In this document: in pieces, positions 11,828 to 25,498 of the stretch
Numbering within the stretch: the stretch's first letter is position 1
How the letters are laid out: the number at the start of each line of letters is the position of its first letter
Assembly (NCBI RefSeq): GCF_006345805.1
Contig: NC_043020.1
Location: 26,412,001-26,476,000 of the forward strand
Reading direction: 5' to 3'
DNA from: Octopus sinensis
Lineage: Eukaryota
DNA: 64,000 nt
The notes under the pieces: generated by a model
Databases searched by the model: none
Seen by the model: the letters and a program-made list of their open reading frames with translations, nothing else
What the model was told of the DNA's origin: nothing
Made by a program: the position numbers and the translations under genes

Positions 11828-12750
11828 CAGGGGTTGGACAAAATAATGGTAACACCTTAAAATTTCAAACAAATTTATTTTAATATGGGATAGGACCACC
11901 TTTAGCAATAATTATAGCTTGAATTCTACAAGGTATCGACTTGTACAAAGTTTGAATTGTTTCCAAAGGAATTTTTGTGCATTCTTCAGCTAAAACAGTT
12001 TCCAGTTCTTGTCGTGATGATGGTGGAGGATATCGACACCTTACTTGTTTTTCTAAAATGCACCATAAATGTTCAATAATATTCAGATCTGGGGACTGTA
12101 GTGGCCAGATAAGATGTTCAACTTCACTAGAATGTTCCTCATGCCATTCAGTAACAACTTTAGCTGTGTGAATTGGTGCATTATCATCCTGAAAGATTGC
12201 GTTTCCCTCCAGAAACAGTTCCGTAACCATAGGATGAATTTGATCAGATAAAATGCTTAAGAAGTCTTGACTATTAATTCTGCCATGGAAGGAAACCATT
12301 GGGCCGGTGGATTTCCAAGATAAATATCCCCAGATCATCACAGATCCTTCTCCATGTTTAACAGCTGGAAGAAGGCAGTCTGGGTCAAATGTTTCTTTTT
12401 GCTGTCTCTACACATATACTTGGCCGGTGATTAGAAATAAGGTAAAGGATGACTTTTCTGAGAAAATAACATTCTAGGGACCAATTCTGTAGGTTTTTAC
12501 TCCACTCTAAATGCTTTGCAATGTTTGGTTTTGAAATTTGTGGTTTTCTGATTGCAGCCCTTATGTGAAATCTGGCTTTGTGCAGCTCCCGGTGAACAGT
12601 TTTTGTGGAAACTGGGTTCTCGAGGTTGTCATTAAGCCCTGGAGTAATTTTGGGAGCTGTACTTATGTGATTCTTTCTAACATTTTGCGTAAGAGTCCAA
12701 TGGTCCCTATCTGAAAGTTTTGATTTTCTTCCAGAGTTTTGTTTCGACAA
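11828..12750 (-). mobile_element. Tc1-family DNA transposon remnant; frameshifted transposase with D36E spacing; one TIR
   Basis: ORF 11880-12341 contains FQDDNAPIH...WPLQSPDLNIIEHLW...AKGGPIPY*; ORF 12385-12750 contains SGRKSKLSDRD...TVHRELH; TA|CAGGGGTTGGACAAAATAATGG end at 11826-11850. Confidence 0.93.
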
Positions 12751-13139
12751 GGCCTGTAAGCAGGTATCACCATGGCGACTTTATCTTGGTCAATGCAATG
12801 ATCATACACTACACACCTTCCTTCTAAGCACTGCTGTAAACACCACAACCACTCTCTCTACTTCAAACCAATAATGAAGCCTCTGTGTGACTGCTTCATT
12901 TGCTAGAAATAGCAGTCATGTCTCCCTCAAATCACGCACCTTACTGACTAAAACGGGGAAAAAAAAAATGGTTCTAGGGTTCTCTGCGCATAGGACTCAG
13001 ATGGGATGGCCATGGGGTATGATTGTGTTTTTTTTTACCATAGGTCTGCTTGATCTGGTATGTAGGTGGCGGGATGGGTGGGTTAAATAACTTAAAACTA
13101 AATGACAGGGGTAGTGTAGCAGACCACCTATTTCCAATT

Positions 13140-13150
13140 ACCAAACTATG

Positions 13151-13187
<37 letters not shown>

Positions 13188-13188
13188 T

Positions 13189-13253
<65 letters not shown>

Positions 13254-13275
13254 ACACTACTACTACTACTAACAC
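13140..13275. repeat. (CTA)n microsatellite
   Basis: Long, near-perfect ctactacta run. Confidence 0.95.
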
Positions 13276-13433
13276 TATTTATCCTGCCCCCCCCCGCCAC
13301 TTGTAGCCCTTATTAACCCCATTTCCACCATCACATGTGTTATCTGCTTCCCTCACATCATATCATGTCACTACTCTTATGGGCTGCCTTGGACCCTACA
13401 CTCACAGATATATATGTGTGTATATATGTGTAT

Positions 13434-13495
<62 letters not shown>

Positions 13496-13809
13496 ATCTG
13501 TGTGTGTATATATGTGTGTATGTATATATATACATATATATATAATATGTATATGGGATGTGGAAGCTTCTGTATTGCTAGCTCCCACCCTTGGTCTTCT
13601 CTGCTCTTCTCACCTCCTCCCACCTACCCCATCCATCCACCCACCCCAAATCTTCCTGACTGCCAAGTCTGTAGCAGCAGTAAAAGTAGTTCAGATTTTG
13701 ACGTGTGTTCTTGGAGCAGTGAGAAATTTGGTCCACATGGCACCAAGGAAGAGGAAGCTGAGGAATGGCAGAGAGGCGGAGGAGGTAGAAAGGCAGAGAT
13801 AACTACGAT

Positions 13810-14421
13810 GAGAGAGAGAGAGAGAGGGAGAGAAGGATCGTATAAGAGGTGCAGTGTGAGGAGGAGAGAAAGAGAGATACAGTGGAGGAGAGAGGACGGA
13901 GAGAGAAAGTGTGATACAGTGAGAGAAAAGGAGAGACATTGTATAATAGAAAGAGAGAGATCATATAAAAGAGAGATGTAATGTTTGAAAGAGTGGGATA
14001 TTATAAGAAAGAGAGAGAGAGAGAGAGAGAGAGGTATGTAGTGTGTATGAGAGGGGGATAGCATAAGAGAGATATAGTAAAAAAGATACAGTAAGAGGAG
14101 ACATAATGAGAGAGAGAGAGAGAGGGAGAGAAGGATCGTATAAGAGGTGCAGGTGTGAGGAGGAGAGGAAAGAGAGAAGATACAGTGGAGGAGAGAGGAC
14201 GGAGAGGAGAAAGAGTGATACAGTGAGAGAAAAAAAGGAGAGACATTGTATAATAGAAAGAGAGAGATCATATAAAAGAGAGATGTAATGTTGAAAGAGT
14301 GGGATATTATAAGAAAGAGAGAGAGAGAGAGAGAGGAGAGGTATGTAGTGTGTATGAGAGGGGGATAGCATAAGAGAGATATAGTAAAAAAGATACAGTA
14401 AGAAGGAGACATAATGAGAGA

Positions 14422-14478
<57 letters not shown>

Positions 14479-14520
14479 TGTGAATGTGTGGGAAAGAATA
14501 TAAGAGAGAAAGAGAGTTAC
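13810..14520. repeat. GA-rich tract with a 298-bp tandem duplication
   Basis: ggatcgtataagaggtgcag occurs at 13835 and 14133, with matching downstream sequence. Confidence 0.9.
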
Positions 14521-14697
14521 TGTGTGTAAGAGAGTATATATATATATTTCTTTACTACCCACAAGGGGCTAAACACAGAGGGGATAAACAAGGACAATCA
14601 AAGGGATTAAGCCGATTACATCGACCCCAGTGCGAAACTGGTACTTTATTTAATCGACCCCGAAAGGATGAAAGGCAAAGTCGACCTCAAGCTACCC

Positions 14698-14737
14698 CTT
14701 GTATATATAAGAGGGGTATCTTTTTGTACAAAGTAGG

Positions 14738-14769
<32 letters not shown>

Positions 14770-14797
14770 AGGGGGGTATCTTTTTGTACAAAGTATG

Positions 14798-14829
<32 letters not shown>

Positions 14830-14870
14830 TAAGGGGGGTATCTTTTTGTACAAAGTATGTATATATTATA
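14698..14870. repeat. ~60-bp tandem repeat x3
   Basis: ggggtatctttttgtacaaagta plus a TA run, three times. Confidence 0.85.
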
Positions 14871-14891
14871 TAATATATATGTATGTATGTA

Positions 14892-14932
<41 letters not shown>

Positions 14933-15601
14933 ACGCACACATTTTGAGAGAAAAAAGTTTGTAGAGAGAAGAGTGGGCAATGAAAACAAAATCTTGATAA
15001 GATCAAATTTCAGCTATTCCAGCAAGCTTCCTTTTTCCCCCTCTCTCTGTCTTTCTATTCCTTTCCTACTCTCTCTCTCACTCTCTCTCTCTCCTGTTTT
15101 CACTGTGTCTCACCCTCTCTGTTTTCCTCCTGTTGAGTCTCTCCTTCTGTCTCCTTCTCTCCGCTTCTATGTCTGGGCTACCTCCCACCCTCTCTCTCTA
15201 AAACTCTAAAACTTTTGTCTTGGTGAGGGTGGGGGCTGCCCACCTCCTGTTTATTTTTTATAGCTTTCTCAATTCCTCACTGCTTATCTATCCCCACCTC
15301 CTGTCTGTGTGGCTTCTACACACACACACACACACACAGAGGCTTCCAGATGTGTTTCTGTAAGTCTGTCAGGTTCTACAGTTGTTAAACATATTTCACT
15401 GCTACTTCTGGGACATCCTCTACATTCTGTGTGGGGTTTATGTATAGGGCAAGTTGTCCTTTTGGCTACTGGCAATAAAATTGGACATTTGTCATGCTTA
15501 TGAGGCTTATTGAGGCAGGAACACATACCCAGGGCTGTTCTTTTATCTCCAACCCACAAACCTTTCCTTTTACTTAATCCTTCTGGCCTTCAGATTATTC
15601 T

Positions 15602-16256
15602 CTAGAAAAACAACAGCGCCACCGTGGTGATCTCATTCTTGCTCACAACATCATAAGCGGAAAGGGTAACCTCTCGAAAGAGCTGTTCTTCACTCCTGCT
15701 CCAGAGCGTCGGCTGCAGGGTCACTCCGAAAAGCTCTATCTGCGACGATTTCATCTCAATTGAAGGAGAGGGGCTTTCTCTGTCCGGGTTGCGGATCCGT
15801 GGAATAAGCTGCCGGATGAGATAGTGAAGATGCCGACGACCGCTCGGTTCAAAGTCTCTCTTGACCAGAAATGGCCTGAACTCTTTACATGAACACCACC
15901 CTGTACATAACTGCATGTCCCCCTACATGGCATCACAACATCATAAGCGGAAAGTGTAACCTCTCGAAAGAGCTGTTCTTCACTCTTGCTCCAGAGCGTC
16001 GGCTGCGGGGTCACTCCGAAAAGCTCTATCTGCGACGATTTCATCTCAATCGAAGGAGAGGGGCTTTCTCTGTCCGGGTTGCGGATCCGTGGAATAAGCT
16101 GCCGGACGAGATAGTGAAGATGCCGACGACTGCTCGATTCAAAGTCTCTCTTGACCAGAAATGGCCTGAACTCTTTACATGAACACCGCCCTGTACATAA
16201 CTCCATGTCCCCCTACATGGCCTTGCTTTTTGCGCCAAAAAATTAACTAACTAACT
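15602..16256 (+). mobile_element. CR1/L2-type LINE 3' end with an internal 290-bp tandem duplication
   Basis: Translates as RHRGDLILAHNII...RGHSEKLYLRRFHLNRRRGAFSVRVADPWNKLPDEIVKMPTTARFKVSLDQKW (CR1 C-terminal RGH..KL / RV..WN.LP / FK..LD motifs); duplicate starts at 15644 and 15934; (TAAC)n tail. Confidence 0.85.
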
Positions 16257-16274
16257 ATTCTGAATGTAATACTC

Positions 16275-16702
16275 TCTTCTCTTACTCTTCTACTTGTTTC
16301 AGTCATTTGACTGTGGCCATGCTGGAGCACCACCTTTAGTCGAGCAAATCGACCCCCGGGACTTATTCTTTGTAAGCCTAGTACTTAGTCTATCGGTCTC
16401 TTTTGCCTAACTGCTAAGTTACGGGGATGTAACACACCAGCATCGATTGTCAAGCTATGTTGGGGGGACAAACAGACACAAACATATATATACACACACA
16501 CACACACATACGCACACACACATATATATACACATGTATAAGATGGGCTTCTTTGAGTTTCCGTCTACCAAATCCACTCACAAGGCTTTGGTCTGCCTGA
16601 GGCTATAGTAGAAGACACATGCCCTAGGTGCCATGCAGTGGGACTGAACCCAGGACCATGTGGTTGGTAGGCAAACTACTTGCCACACAGCCACTCCTGC
16701 GT
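16275..16702 (-). mobile_element. SINE family A, full length
   Basis: tRNA-like head (ggagtggctgtgtggcaagtagtttgcctaccaaccacatggtcctgggttcagtccc), body, central microsatellite and (AAGAGT)n tail. Confidence 0.9.
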
Positions 16703-17908
16703 CTATATATTTTATTTTATTCTGGGGGCTGCCGATCATGATTAAGGAGCCCCATCTGATCAGGGCTGCCTGGTTATACTGCACCAGAAACCCACAGCCA
16801 TCTTCTTCTGTTGGTTTACACTCAGGTGGTACCACGAGGAGGTCGGAGTAGGACTTAGGATTTCCGTCACTCTGTGGAACTTTCAGCCTGGTATGGTGTT
16901 CACCTAAGCCAGCATCTGGTGACAATGTTGACCCTAATATACCACACGCACACACACACATATACATACATACATACATACATACATACTCACATTCATA
17001 CACACCAACCGATTGTGGCCACTGCCAGACTCCCCTGGCACCTGTGCCGGTGGCACGTAAAAAGCACCCACTACACTCACGGAGTGGTTGGCATTAGGAA
17101 GGGCATCATCCAGCTGTAGAAACACTGCCAGATAAGACTGGAGTCTGGTGCAGCCCCTGGCTTCCCAGACCCCAGTTGAACCATCCAACCCATGCCAGCG
17201 TGGAAAACGGACGTTAAACGATGATGATGATGATGATGATGATACATACATAAGCAATAATTTTATATGTGGGTATACACCTGGTAGTATGCCATTCAAA
17301 GCCTTCCCACCGTATTCGGCTACCTGATGTCATCAACAGTGCAAAGATACATCCCACTGGATTTACTTCAGGAATTCCTTCGCCTCTCTCGAGCATATAT
17401 ATTATATACATACACATCTACATCCTCTCTCTCTCTTTCTCATACCAGTTCTTTGATGCTTAACTATTTGTTGTTCTCTTCCTGATTCTCGTACCACCAC
17501 TCAGCCCTTCCCCCCACTGTGCATATCCTTTTATCTTCCTTTAATTATCCACCTTATCTCTTGGGAGCCCAGGAGGGGGATAGTCTTTTCAGCTGCTACT
17601 CTACCTGCAAGAATTAACGGTACAGTTATGATTCTTAATAAGGTAGGGGGACAAGTAAATAGCATTTTATATATATGTGTTTGTGTGTGTTTTTGTGTAT
17701 ATATACACGTTCTCTTATTCTTTTACATGTCTCAGCCCTTAGGCTGTGGCCATGGTGGAGCACCACCAGTAAACCAGTGAATACGGGATGGTACCAGTGG
17801 TTTCGAGATTAAGAAAAGTCTCGCAATAAAATTCAGTTTAAATGGAGTAGCCACATTGCTACGTCTGCATGCAGTAACTATCCATCTATCTATCTGTATG
17901 TCTCTCTC

Positions 17909-17965
<57 letters not shown>

Positions 17966-18178
17966 ATATATATATATAAAGAAAAATGCTTTGTAATGAA
18001 ATTTCAGTGGGTTGACCACATCAAATTGAAAATAAATCTCTCTCTTTCTCTGTCTGTCTGTGACTATCTATCTATCTATTTATCTATCTATCCAAGTGTC
18101 AAGTTAAGGCATTTCTTATGCACATCTTCATATTGTTTGTTTTTATTTGTTTATTTGACTTGTTTGTTTATTCAAATT

Positions 18179-18229
<51 letters not shown>

Positions 18230-18564
18230 TTTATAGATAGAAAGAAAGAAAATGGAATGAACTCAAGTCTTTATTCAAATTCACTACAATTGTTTCGACA
18301 CCTTTTTACACCTGTAGTACATTGGTGTGGTGTAGTGTAATTATCATTCATACAAAGTGATAAATGCACTTCTTCAGGTGATTGTTTAAATTATTTTACT
18401 AACAAAACTAATTCAAAAGATACAGTGACAGATAAATTACAGTTATAATCAAAATATAAAAATGAAGTGGACAAAAATAGGTGGTGGGGTGGAGTGGGGA
18501 GCAGGTTGACTAAATTAGCATTCTATTTTCTTGGTCTGTTGCTGTGTGGTAAGAAGCTTGCCTG

Positions 18565-18648
<84 letters not shown>

Positions 18649-18888
18649 ATTTTGTGTCTGTGTTTGTTCTCCCCTCCCTGCCAACCATCACTTGACAACT
18701 GATGCTGGTGTGTTTACATCCCCATAACTTAGTGGTTCAGCAAAAGAAACCAATAGAATAAGTACTAGGCTTACAAATAATAAGTCCTGGGTGGTCGATT
18801 TGCTCGACTAAAGGTCATGCTCCAGCATGGCCACAGTCAAATGACTGAAACAAGTAAAAGAGAAGATATATATATATATATACATTCT

Positions 18889-18919
<31 letters not shown>

Positions 18920-19309
18920 TCTCTTTTGTGGAGGAATGCAAGCCCCCTCTGGCCCCTGTGCTGGTGGCATGTAAAGAGAACCCACTACACTCTCAGAGTG
19001 GTTGGCGTTAGGAAGGGCATCCAGCTGTAGAAACTTTACCAGATCAGATTGGAGCCTGGTGCAGCCTTCTGGCTTCCCAGATCCCGGTCGAACCCTTGCC
19101 AGAATGGGAAATGGATGTTAAACGATGATGATGATGTATTGATGGGAATGATGAGGCCAGGGTGGTGATGATGATGGTGGTGGTGGTAGTAGTAGTAGTG
19201 ATGGTGGTGATTGTCAGGCAGCAAGAAAGTTTAGAAAGTTTGAGAAAGAACTTTCTTGTTTAGCAGAGAGAAAGAGAAAGGAAGAAGTGATGAGCAAACA
19301 GAGAAAGAT

Positions 19310-19321
19310 TTGTGATATATG

Positions 19322-19362
<41 letters not shown>

Positions 19363-19384
19363 TGTATTATATATAATATATATG

Positions 19385-19423
<39 letters not shown>

Positions 19424-19630
19424 ATATAGATATATATATATTATGTATATATATATATATATATAGTATATATAATATGTATGTATATATATGTATATAT
19501 ATATGTATATATATGTATTATATATAGTATATATATGTATATATATATGTATATATATATATTATATATATATATTTGTATATATATATATTATCTATAT
19601 GTATATTTATATAATATATATGTGTATATT

Positions 19631-19715
<85 letters not shown>
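19310..19715. repeat. (TA)n-rich microsatellite block
   Basis: Direct inspection. Confidence 0.95.
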
Positions 19716-21618
19716 GGTAGGTAGGTAGGTAAAGATTGATAGATAGATAATGGTAGGTAGATACATGTAGATAGATACACATATAGATGGTAGAATTAGG
19801 TAAGTAGAGAGATAGATAGACAGATAGATAGACAGATAGGTAGGTACGTAGATAAATAGATAGGTATATAGTGCCATCCTGTGAGAGAGAGCAAATGTGT
19901 GTGTGTGAGAGAGAGAGAGAGAGAGGTATACAGAGTTTCAATAATGGTAAAGGAGGGAAAGAATGTAAAAAAAAAACACATGAAGACTAGAAGCGAAAGA
20001 GAGAGAGAAAGAGAGGGAGTGACAGCAAGAGTGTGTGTATGTGTGTGTGTATGTGTGTGTGAGGAAACAAAGTTAGAATGAAAACCCAGGCAGCACCCCT
20101 CCCCTCTACCACTACTTTCTCCTTCTTCCAAAAAAAAACCAAAAAAAAACCAAAGACAGAACGAACACCCCCACATGCTCACACACACACCTTACTATCT
20201 TAGCTCTCTCTTAGCCCAAAACTAAGAATTCCCCACCTCTGCTTATCTTTCTTACAAACTGAAATAAAATAAGAGGAAGAAAGGAAGGAATAACTGTCAG
20301 TAGAAGATTTTTGCTTTTTTTTTTGTTTATATCTTTTTTCTGTTTTTTTTGGTTTTCTGTTTTTTTCTTCAAGACATTGATGACTTTAATTCTAACCAAT
20401 ATAAATCCTCATAACATCTGACTTCAGCCCAACTTTATCTGTGTGTGTGTGTATGTCTATATATATATACATATATATATATACATACATATATATATAT
20501 ATACATATACATACCAACATTCATACCTATAAATATATTATATACCTACATATATATACTTATATATATATGCACATACACTTTCACATTCACACATACA
20601 CACATTTTTCTCTCAAGAGTTCTTGCCGCCATTTTGGCATTAGTCTTTCTTGATGAGAAAGTCTAGTTTAGTTCCTCTACTCGCAGACTTTGATAATTCT
20701 TAACCATCCCACCCCACAAAACATTTACACCTATTTTCTTTTTCTCAAGAAAAAGAGAAAAGAAAGAAAAGAAAAAGAAAGACCCCGAAAGGAAAGGGAA
20801 ACTTCATTCTCCAAGAACTTTTTGGGATTAACCATTTTATTTTATTCTAACAGAACCAAAACAAAACAAAACAACAGATTTTGGCATTTTTTGGAGGTGT
20901 ACATGTAATATTTTAACTTCTCGCTTGACAAAAAAAGAAAAGTTTTTTTCATTTCGCAAAAGAAATTGAAAATATTTTTTCCATTCCTTTGAAAGGCGGC
21001 ATACAAGCATCTCTCTTTTCTCGTACAAGTTGATATTATTAATCGTTATTATTTATTATTAATATTATCATTGTCCTTCCTCTTTGATACGCATACATAT
21101 ATATATTTAAATATATATATTTGAATATATATATATATATTTAAATATATATATATATATTTAATATATATATATTTAAATATATATCTATGTGTATATA
21201 TAGATATATATATCTATATATCATATAGATACATACACATTAAGCTTTGATCTGGTTTGTTGTGGTTCTGATATTCTTACCAAAAGAATTTATATATTGC
21301 AAAAAAAAAAAATTTGATACATTCTTACAAATTTCTTCACTCTACAAACAAGATTTAAAAAAAAAATCTATAAAATATCGCAAACACACACAAATAAACA
21401 AATTGAAAATATGTGGCCGGCACAGATACCAAAATCTCTGGTAATGTATTAATTATTTAATAATTAAGTTGATTGATTTGATTAATTAAGTAGGCATACG
21501 TATATAGTTATGTTCTCATATTTTCATTAACAGTTATTTATATATATATATATATATATATAAATTAAATTAGAGTTAAAACCATTATCAGGCAAAAAGT
21601 TTGGATTTACTCCCTAAT

Positions 21619-21650
<32 letters not shown>

Positions 21651-21955
21651 TATATTCTCAATAAGTTTAATATTTTGTTAATTATTATTATAAATATATT
21701 CATTGTTCAATTTTTGATGCATTTGTTAGTTTGCTTGTTAATTAGCTGTGGTCCAAATTTTTGCTGAAAATCTGAAGTAATATTTTTAATCAGAAAATTT
21801 GTTGGAATGGTGAATTAAAAAAAAAGTGAAAATTATTTTTTTTCATTCTCTTTCTCTCATCCTCAAACTATCATAGTTTGCAGAAGTCTTTGATTTGTGT
21901 GTGTGTGTGTGTGTGTAAGAACCCACTCGCTACTGTAACAGAACGAACTAGTGCC

Positions 21956-22015
<60 letters not shown>

Positions 22016-22189
22016 TGTGAACAGTGTTCAAAAATAATTATTCAAAAAACACTTATTCGAATGGAAAATTGTAAGAAAGAAAATTATTCAAAAGGACAAT
22101 TATGCCAAATGTTAATTATTCTAAACTTTTTATTTCATTTAAACAAAAATGATAAAATTAAAAATTAAATACACAAATGATATTTCGTA

Positions 22190-22470
22190 TGACTGTTTTT
22201 CGAATAATTGTTTTTAGAAAATTTTCCTTATACGATATATATACATACACATACTTTATCTATCCATACACACACACATACCTTATACACACATACACAC
22301 ACACACATATATATGTTTGTATATATAGATCATATAGAGACTGTTTTTCGATAATTGTTTTTGGAAAATTTTCATGATGCGATATATATACATACACATA
22401 CATACTTTATCTATCCATACACATACACACAAATATATATATGTTTGTATATATAGATCGTATAGAGACA
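22190..22470. repeat. ~148-bp tandem duplication
   Basis: actgtttttcga(a)taattgttttt...atatatagatc(a/g)tatagagac occurs twice. Confidence 0.85.
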
Positions 22471-22960
22471 GGCATTTTACTAATGTTTTTGGGATTTGCC
22501 ATCAATCTGAAAAATGGGTGTGCAAAACTCAGAGTATAAGTTATTGAAATTGTCACCTGTTTTTGACATTGATCTACATTCTTGTATTCAAATCATTCTA
22601 TTAGATTTAACATAACTCTCTCTCTTTCACACACACAACTTTAATACAGAGGCAGTACTCCTGCAAAGTTTGGCTCTGTTGGATAAAACACTCTTAAGAA
22701 CACATTCGTACAATCATAATGGTTTGTTTTTATGTCAAGTTGTATTAAATACAGTTTCACATTAAACTGTAGAATTATTCAATATTTTCTGTAGAGTTAA
22801 TATTTCTTAAACTTTTACAAGAAGAGTGATAGGGACTTCGAAGTTTTGGCCTGCTAGGCAGTCTGACATAGATTAGCAGTACGAAATTTTGAAGTTGCTG
22901 TCATCCCTCTTGTTTAAGTATAATATAAATACATATATTATCTATCTGTCTCTCTTTCTT

Positions 22961-23015
<55 letters not shown>

Positions 23016-23166
23016 CTATCTGTCTGTCTGTCTGTCTGTCTATCTGTCTATCTATCTATCTATCTATCTCTATCTGTCTATCTATCTCTATCTGTCTGTC
23101 TGTCTGTCTGTCTATCTGTCTATCTATCTATCTATCTATCTATCTCTATCTGTCTATCTATCTCTA

Positions 23167-23211
<45 letters not shown>

Positions 23212-23276
23212 ATATCTATCTGTCTGTCTATCTATCTATCTCTGTCTGTCTATCTATCTACCTGTGTGTGTGTGTC

Positions 23277-23336
<60 letters not shown>

Positions 23337-23990
23337 TGTATGTGATTCAATCTGCATATACTCGGAGTTTCCCCACTACATTCAGTTCTTCAGGCAACAG
23401 CAAAAATTGTTGCTGGACTGCCTGAAAAACAACATCCATTGTAAATCATGTCTGAGTTCTAGCAAAAAATATTACTTGCTTCCAATAAATAAATATAATA
23501 TTCTACAAATCTCTAGTTTTCTCACTCTCTAGTATAATATTCTAAAATTCTACCAAAAGAGGTAGAAGAATCGGTAGACATCTTGTGACTTTCAGTAGAA
23601 TGACAAATGTATGGTATGACTACAGTTTGGTGCCCTCCCCTTTTGAATCAGTTTCCTCATAACTTTCTGAAATTAAAGATAAACCCCAAAAAATCTCATA
23701 TTTTTAATGAAATTTTGCAGAAAAGCATTTCCAGATTATAATTTTGGCATTCAAGAAAAATAAAAAGAGAAGAATTTTTGAAGCGCTTCAAATCATTTTA
23801 TCTCGCTTCTGACATATTTTCCTCACTCCCTTTAAAATACATATTTTTAACCTTTTTGATACCAACCTATCTATGATGGCTCCTAGGTCTGTGATAGAAA
23901 CTTTTTCTTCTAAAGTGATCTAAATTAAAATCTCCTATCAAATTTCGTAGTAAATTATATTTCAAACACCAGCTTAACAAAGTCATTTCA

Positions 23991-24473
23991 TTAACCCTTT
24001 TGTTACCAACCCGGCTGAAACCGGCTCTGGCTCTGTCGTACAAGCGTCTTGTTTTCATAAGCTTTGAATTAAAATCTTCCACCAAAACTTAGTCACAGTT
24101 TATGTTCCTAACACTAGCTGAATGATAACGAAGAGGTTATTTTACTAAATTCTTTGTTATATTTAAAGTAATTGAAAGAAACACAGAGCATCTCTGCAGA
24201 AATATAGTTACAAAAGGGTTAAAATATATAATAGAGAAACAATTCTTAACCCTTTTGTTACTAACCTGGCTGAAACCGGCTCTGGTTCTGAGTACAAATG
24301 TCTTGTTTTCATAAGTTTTGAATTAAAATCTTCCACCAAACCTTAGTCACAATTTATGTTCCTACCACTAGCTTAATGATAACTAAGTTATTTTACTAAA
24401 TTCTTTGTTATATTTAAAGTAATTGAGAGAAACTCAGAGCATCTCAAAATAAATACAGTAACGAAAGGGTTAA
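23991..24473. mobile_element. Two TTAA-flanked ~230-bp MITEs (piggyBac-like ends)
   Basis: TTAA|CCCTTTTGTTAC...GTAACGAAAGGG|TTAA at 23991-24222 and 24246-24473; further copies at 25693-25921, 38432-39219 and ~56245-56908. Confidence 0.8.
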
Positions 24474-25050
24474 ATTCTTCATCATTTTTTAAATTAATAG
24501 AAATAAAAGCTGTGCATTTCGATAGATTTATAGTAACTAAAGATTAAAGTGATCAACATTAAAACTTTTCCTTCGAAATTTTCGTGTTCCAAACACCAGC
24601 TAAATGATGACAGTTATTGTTCTAAATTCTTCGTTAATTTTATTCTTAATTGAATGAAAATAATAATAAAAACCGTGTATTTCTACAGAAATATTGTAAA
24701 AAGAGTTAAAGTGATCGAAAAACCCTCCATCGATATTTCACATTTATTTGAACATCAGCTTGATAACGATGAGGTTATTTTACTAAATTCTTCGTTATTT
24801 TAAAAATTAAATGTGCAGGGATGGGAGGGAAAATAGGCAGTGTATTTTCAACAGAAATATACTAGCAAAAGTGTTAAAATCATCAAAATTAAACCTTCCA
24901 TTGAAATTCCATGTCAATTTACATTTTGACATTAGCTTCGAGATGACAAAGTTATTTTAGTAAATTCTTCGTTATAGTCCTAATTAATTGAAAAAAAAAA
25001 AAAAAAAAAGGCATGTATTTCAGTAGAAATATTAGTAAGAAAAAATTTAA
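24474..25050. repeat. Old degenerate tandem array (~165-bp units) related to the right half of the TTAA MITE
   Basis: Recurring gtgatc..aaa..cttcc / aacaccagct / gttattttactaaattcttcgtta / cagaaatat..gtaa..aaaag.gttaa motifs; a further partial unit at ~23910-23990. Confidence 0.7.
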
Positions 25051-25270
25051 TGAAAATATTTTGCAGAAATACGTTTTTGAGAATATATATTATATAATGT
25101 TGATGATTCAGACGCAAAATTCTGGGAAATAAGGAAAAAAAGAAAAATGCTTAAACTACAGAAATTGGCGGCAACAAAGTTAGGACGGAAGAATGAAATG
25201 GAAACTAATCCAAAGCCAGTTTTTTTTTTTTTATTCCTTCTATATTTTAATAACATGATTATAATCTACC

Positions 25271-25498
25271 CAAGTGTTTCTCAACCATTTTTATACCTAG
25301 GGGCCCTTTTGATTCCCATTTTATTCAAATGGGCCCTTATTGCCATTTGATGCTTCAAAAAATTTAATTTTTATAATTAAATGTTTTTAAGAATTGTGTA
25401 AAAAATATTGTTAAAATATTTCATGTATCGTAGAAGTGTAACCAATTTATTGCAGATGATCCCCAAAGGGTCATGTGGGCCCTGGTTGAGAATTACTG
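25271..25498. mobile_element. hAT (Charlie-like) MITE
   Basis: Ends caagtgtttctcaacc ... ggttgagaattactg resemble CAGTGGTTCTCAACC-type TIRs. Confidence 0.6.

Noticed and set aside
14715-14855. TTTGTACAAA resembling an att recombination core
   Set aside because: A short palindrome inside a local tandem repeat; no other att or vector sequence.
16578-17003. 141-aa minus-strand ORF
   Set aside because: Begins in microsatellite and ends inside a SINE; the middle is unrecognised and probably repeat-derived.
17285-17398. Protein-like stretch YAIQSLPTVFGYLMSSTVQRYIPLDLLQEFLRLSRAY
   Set aside because: No good splice sites and no recognisable family; could be a transposon scrap.
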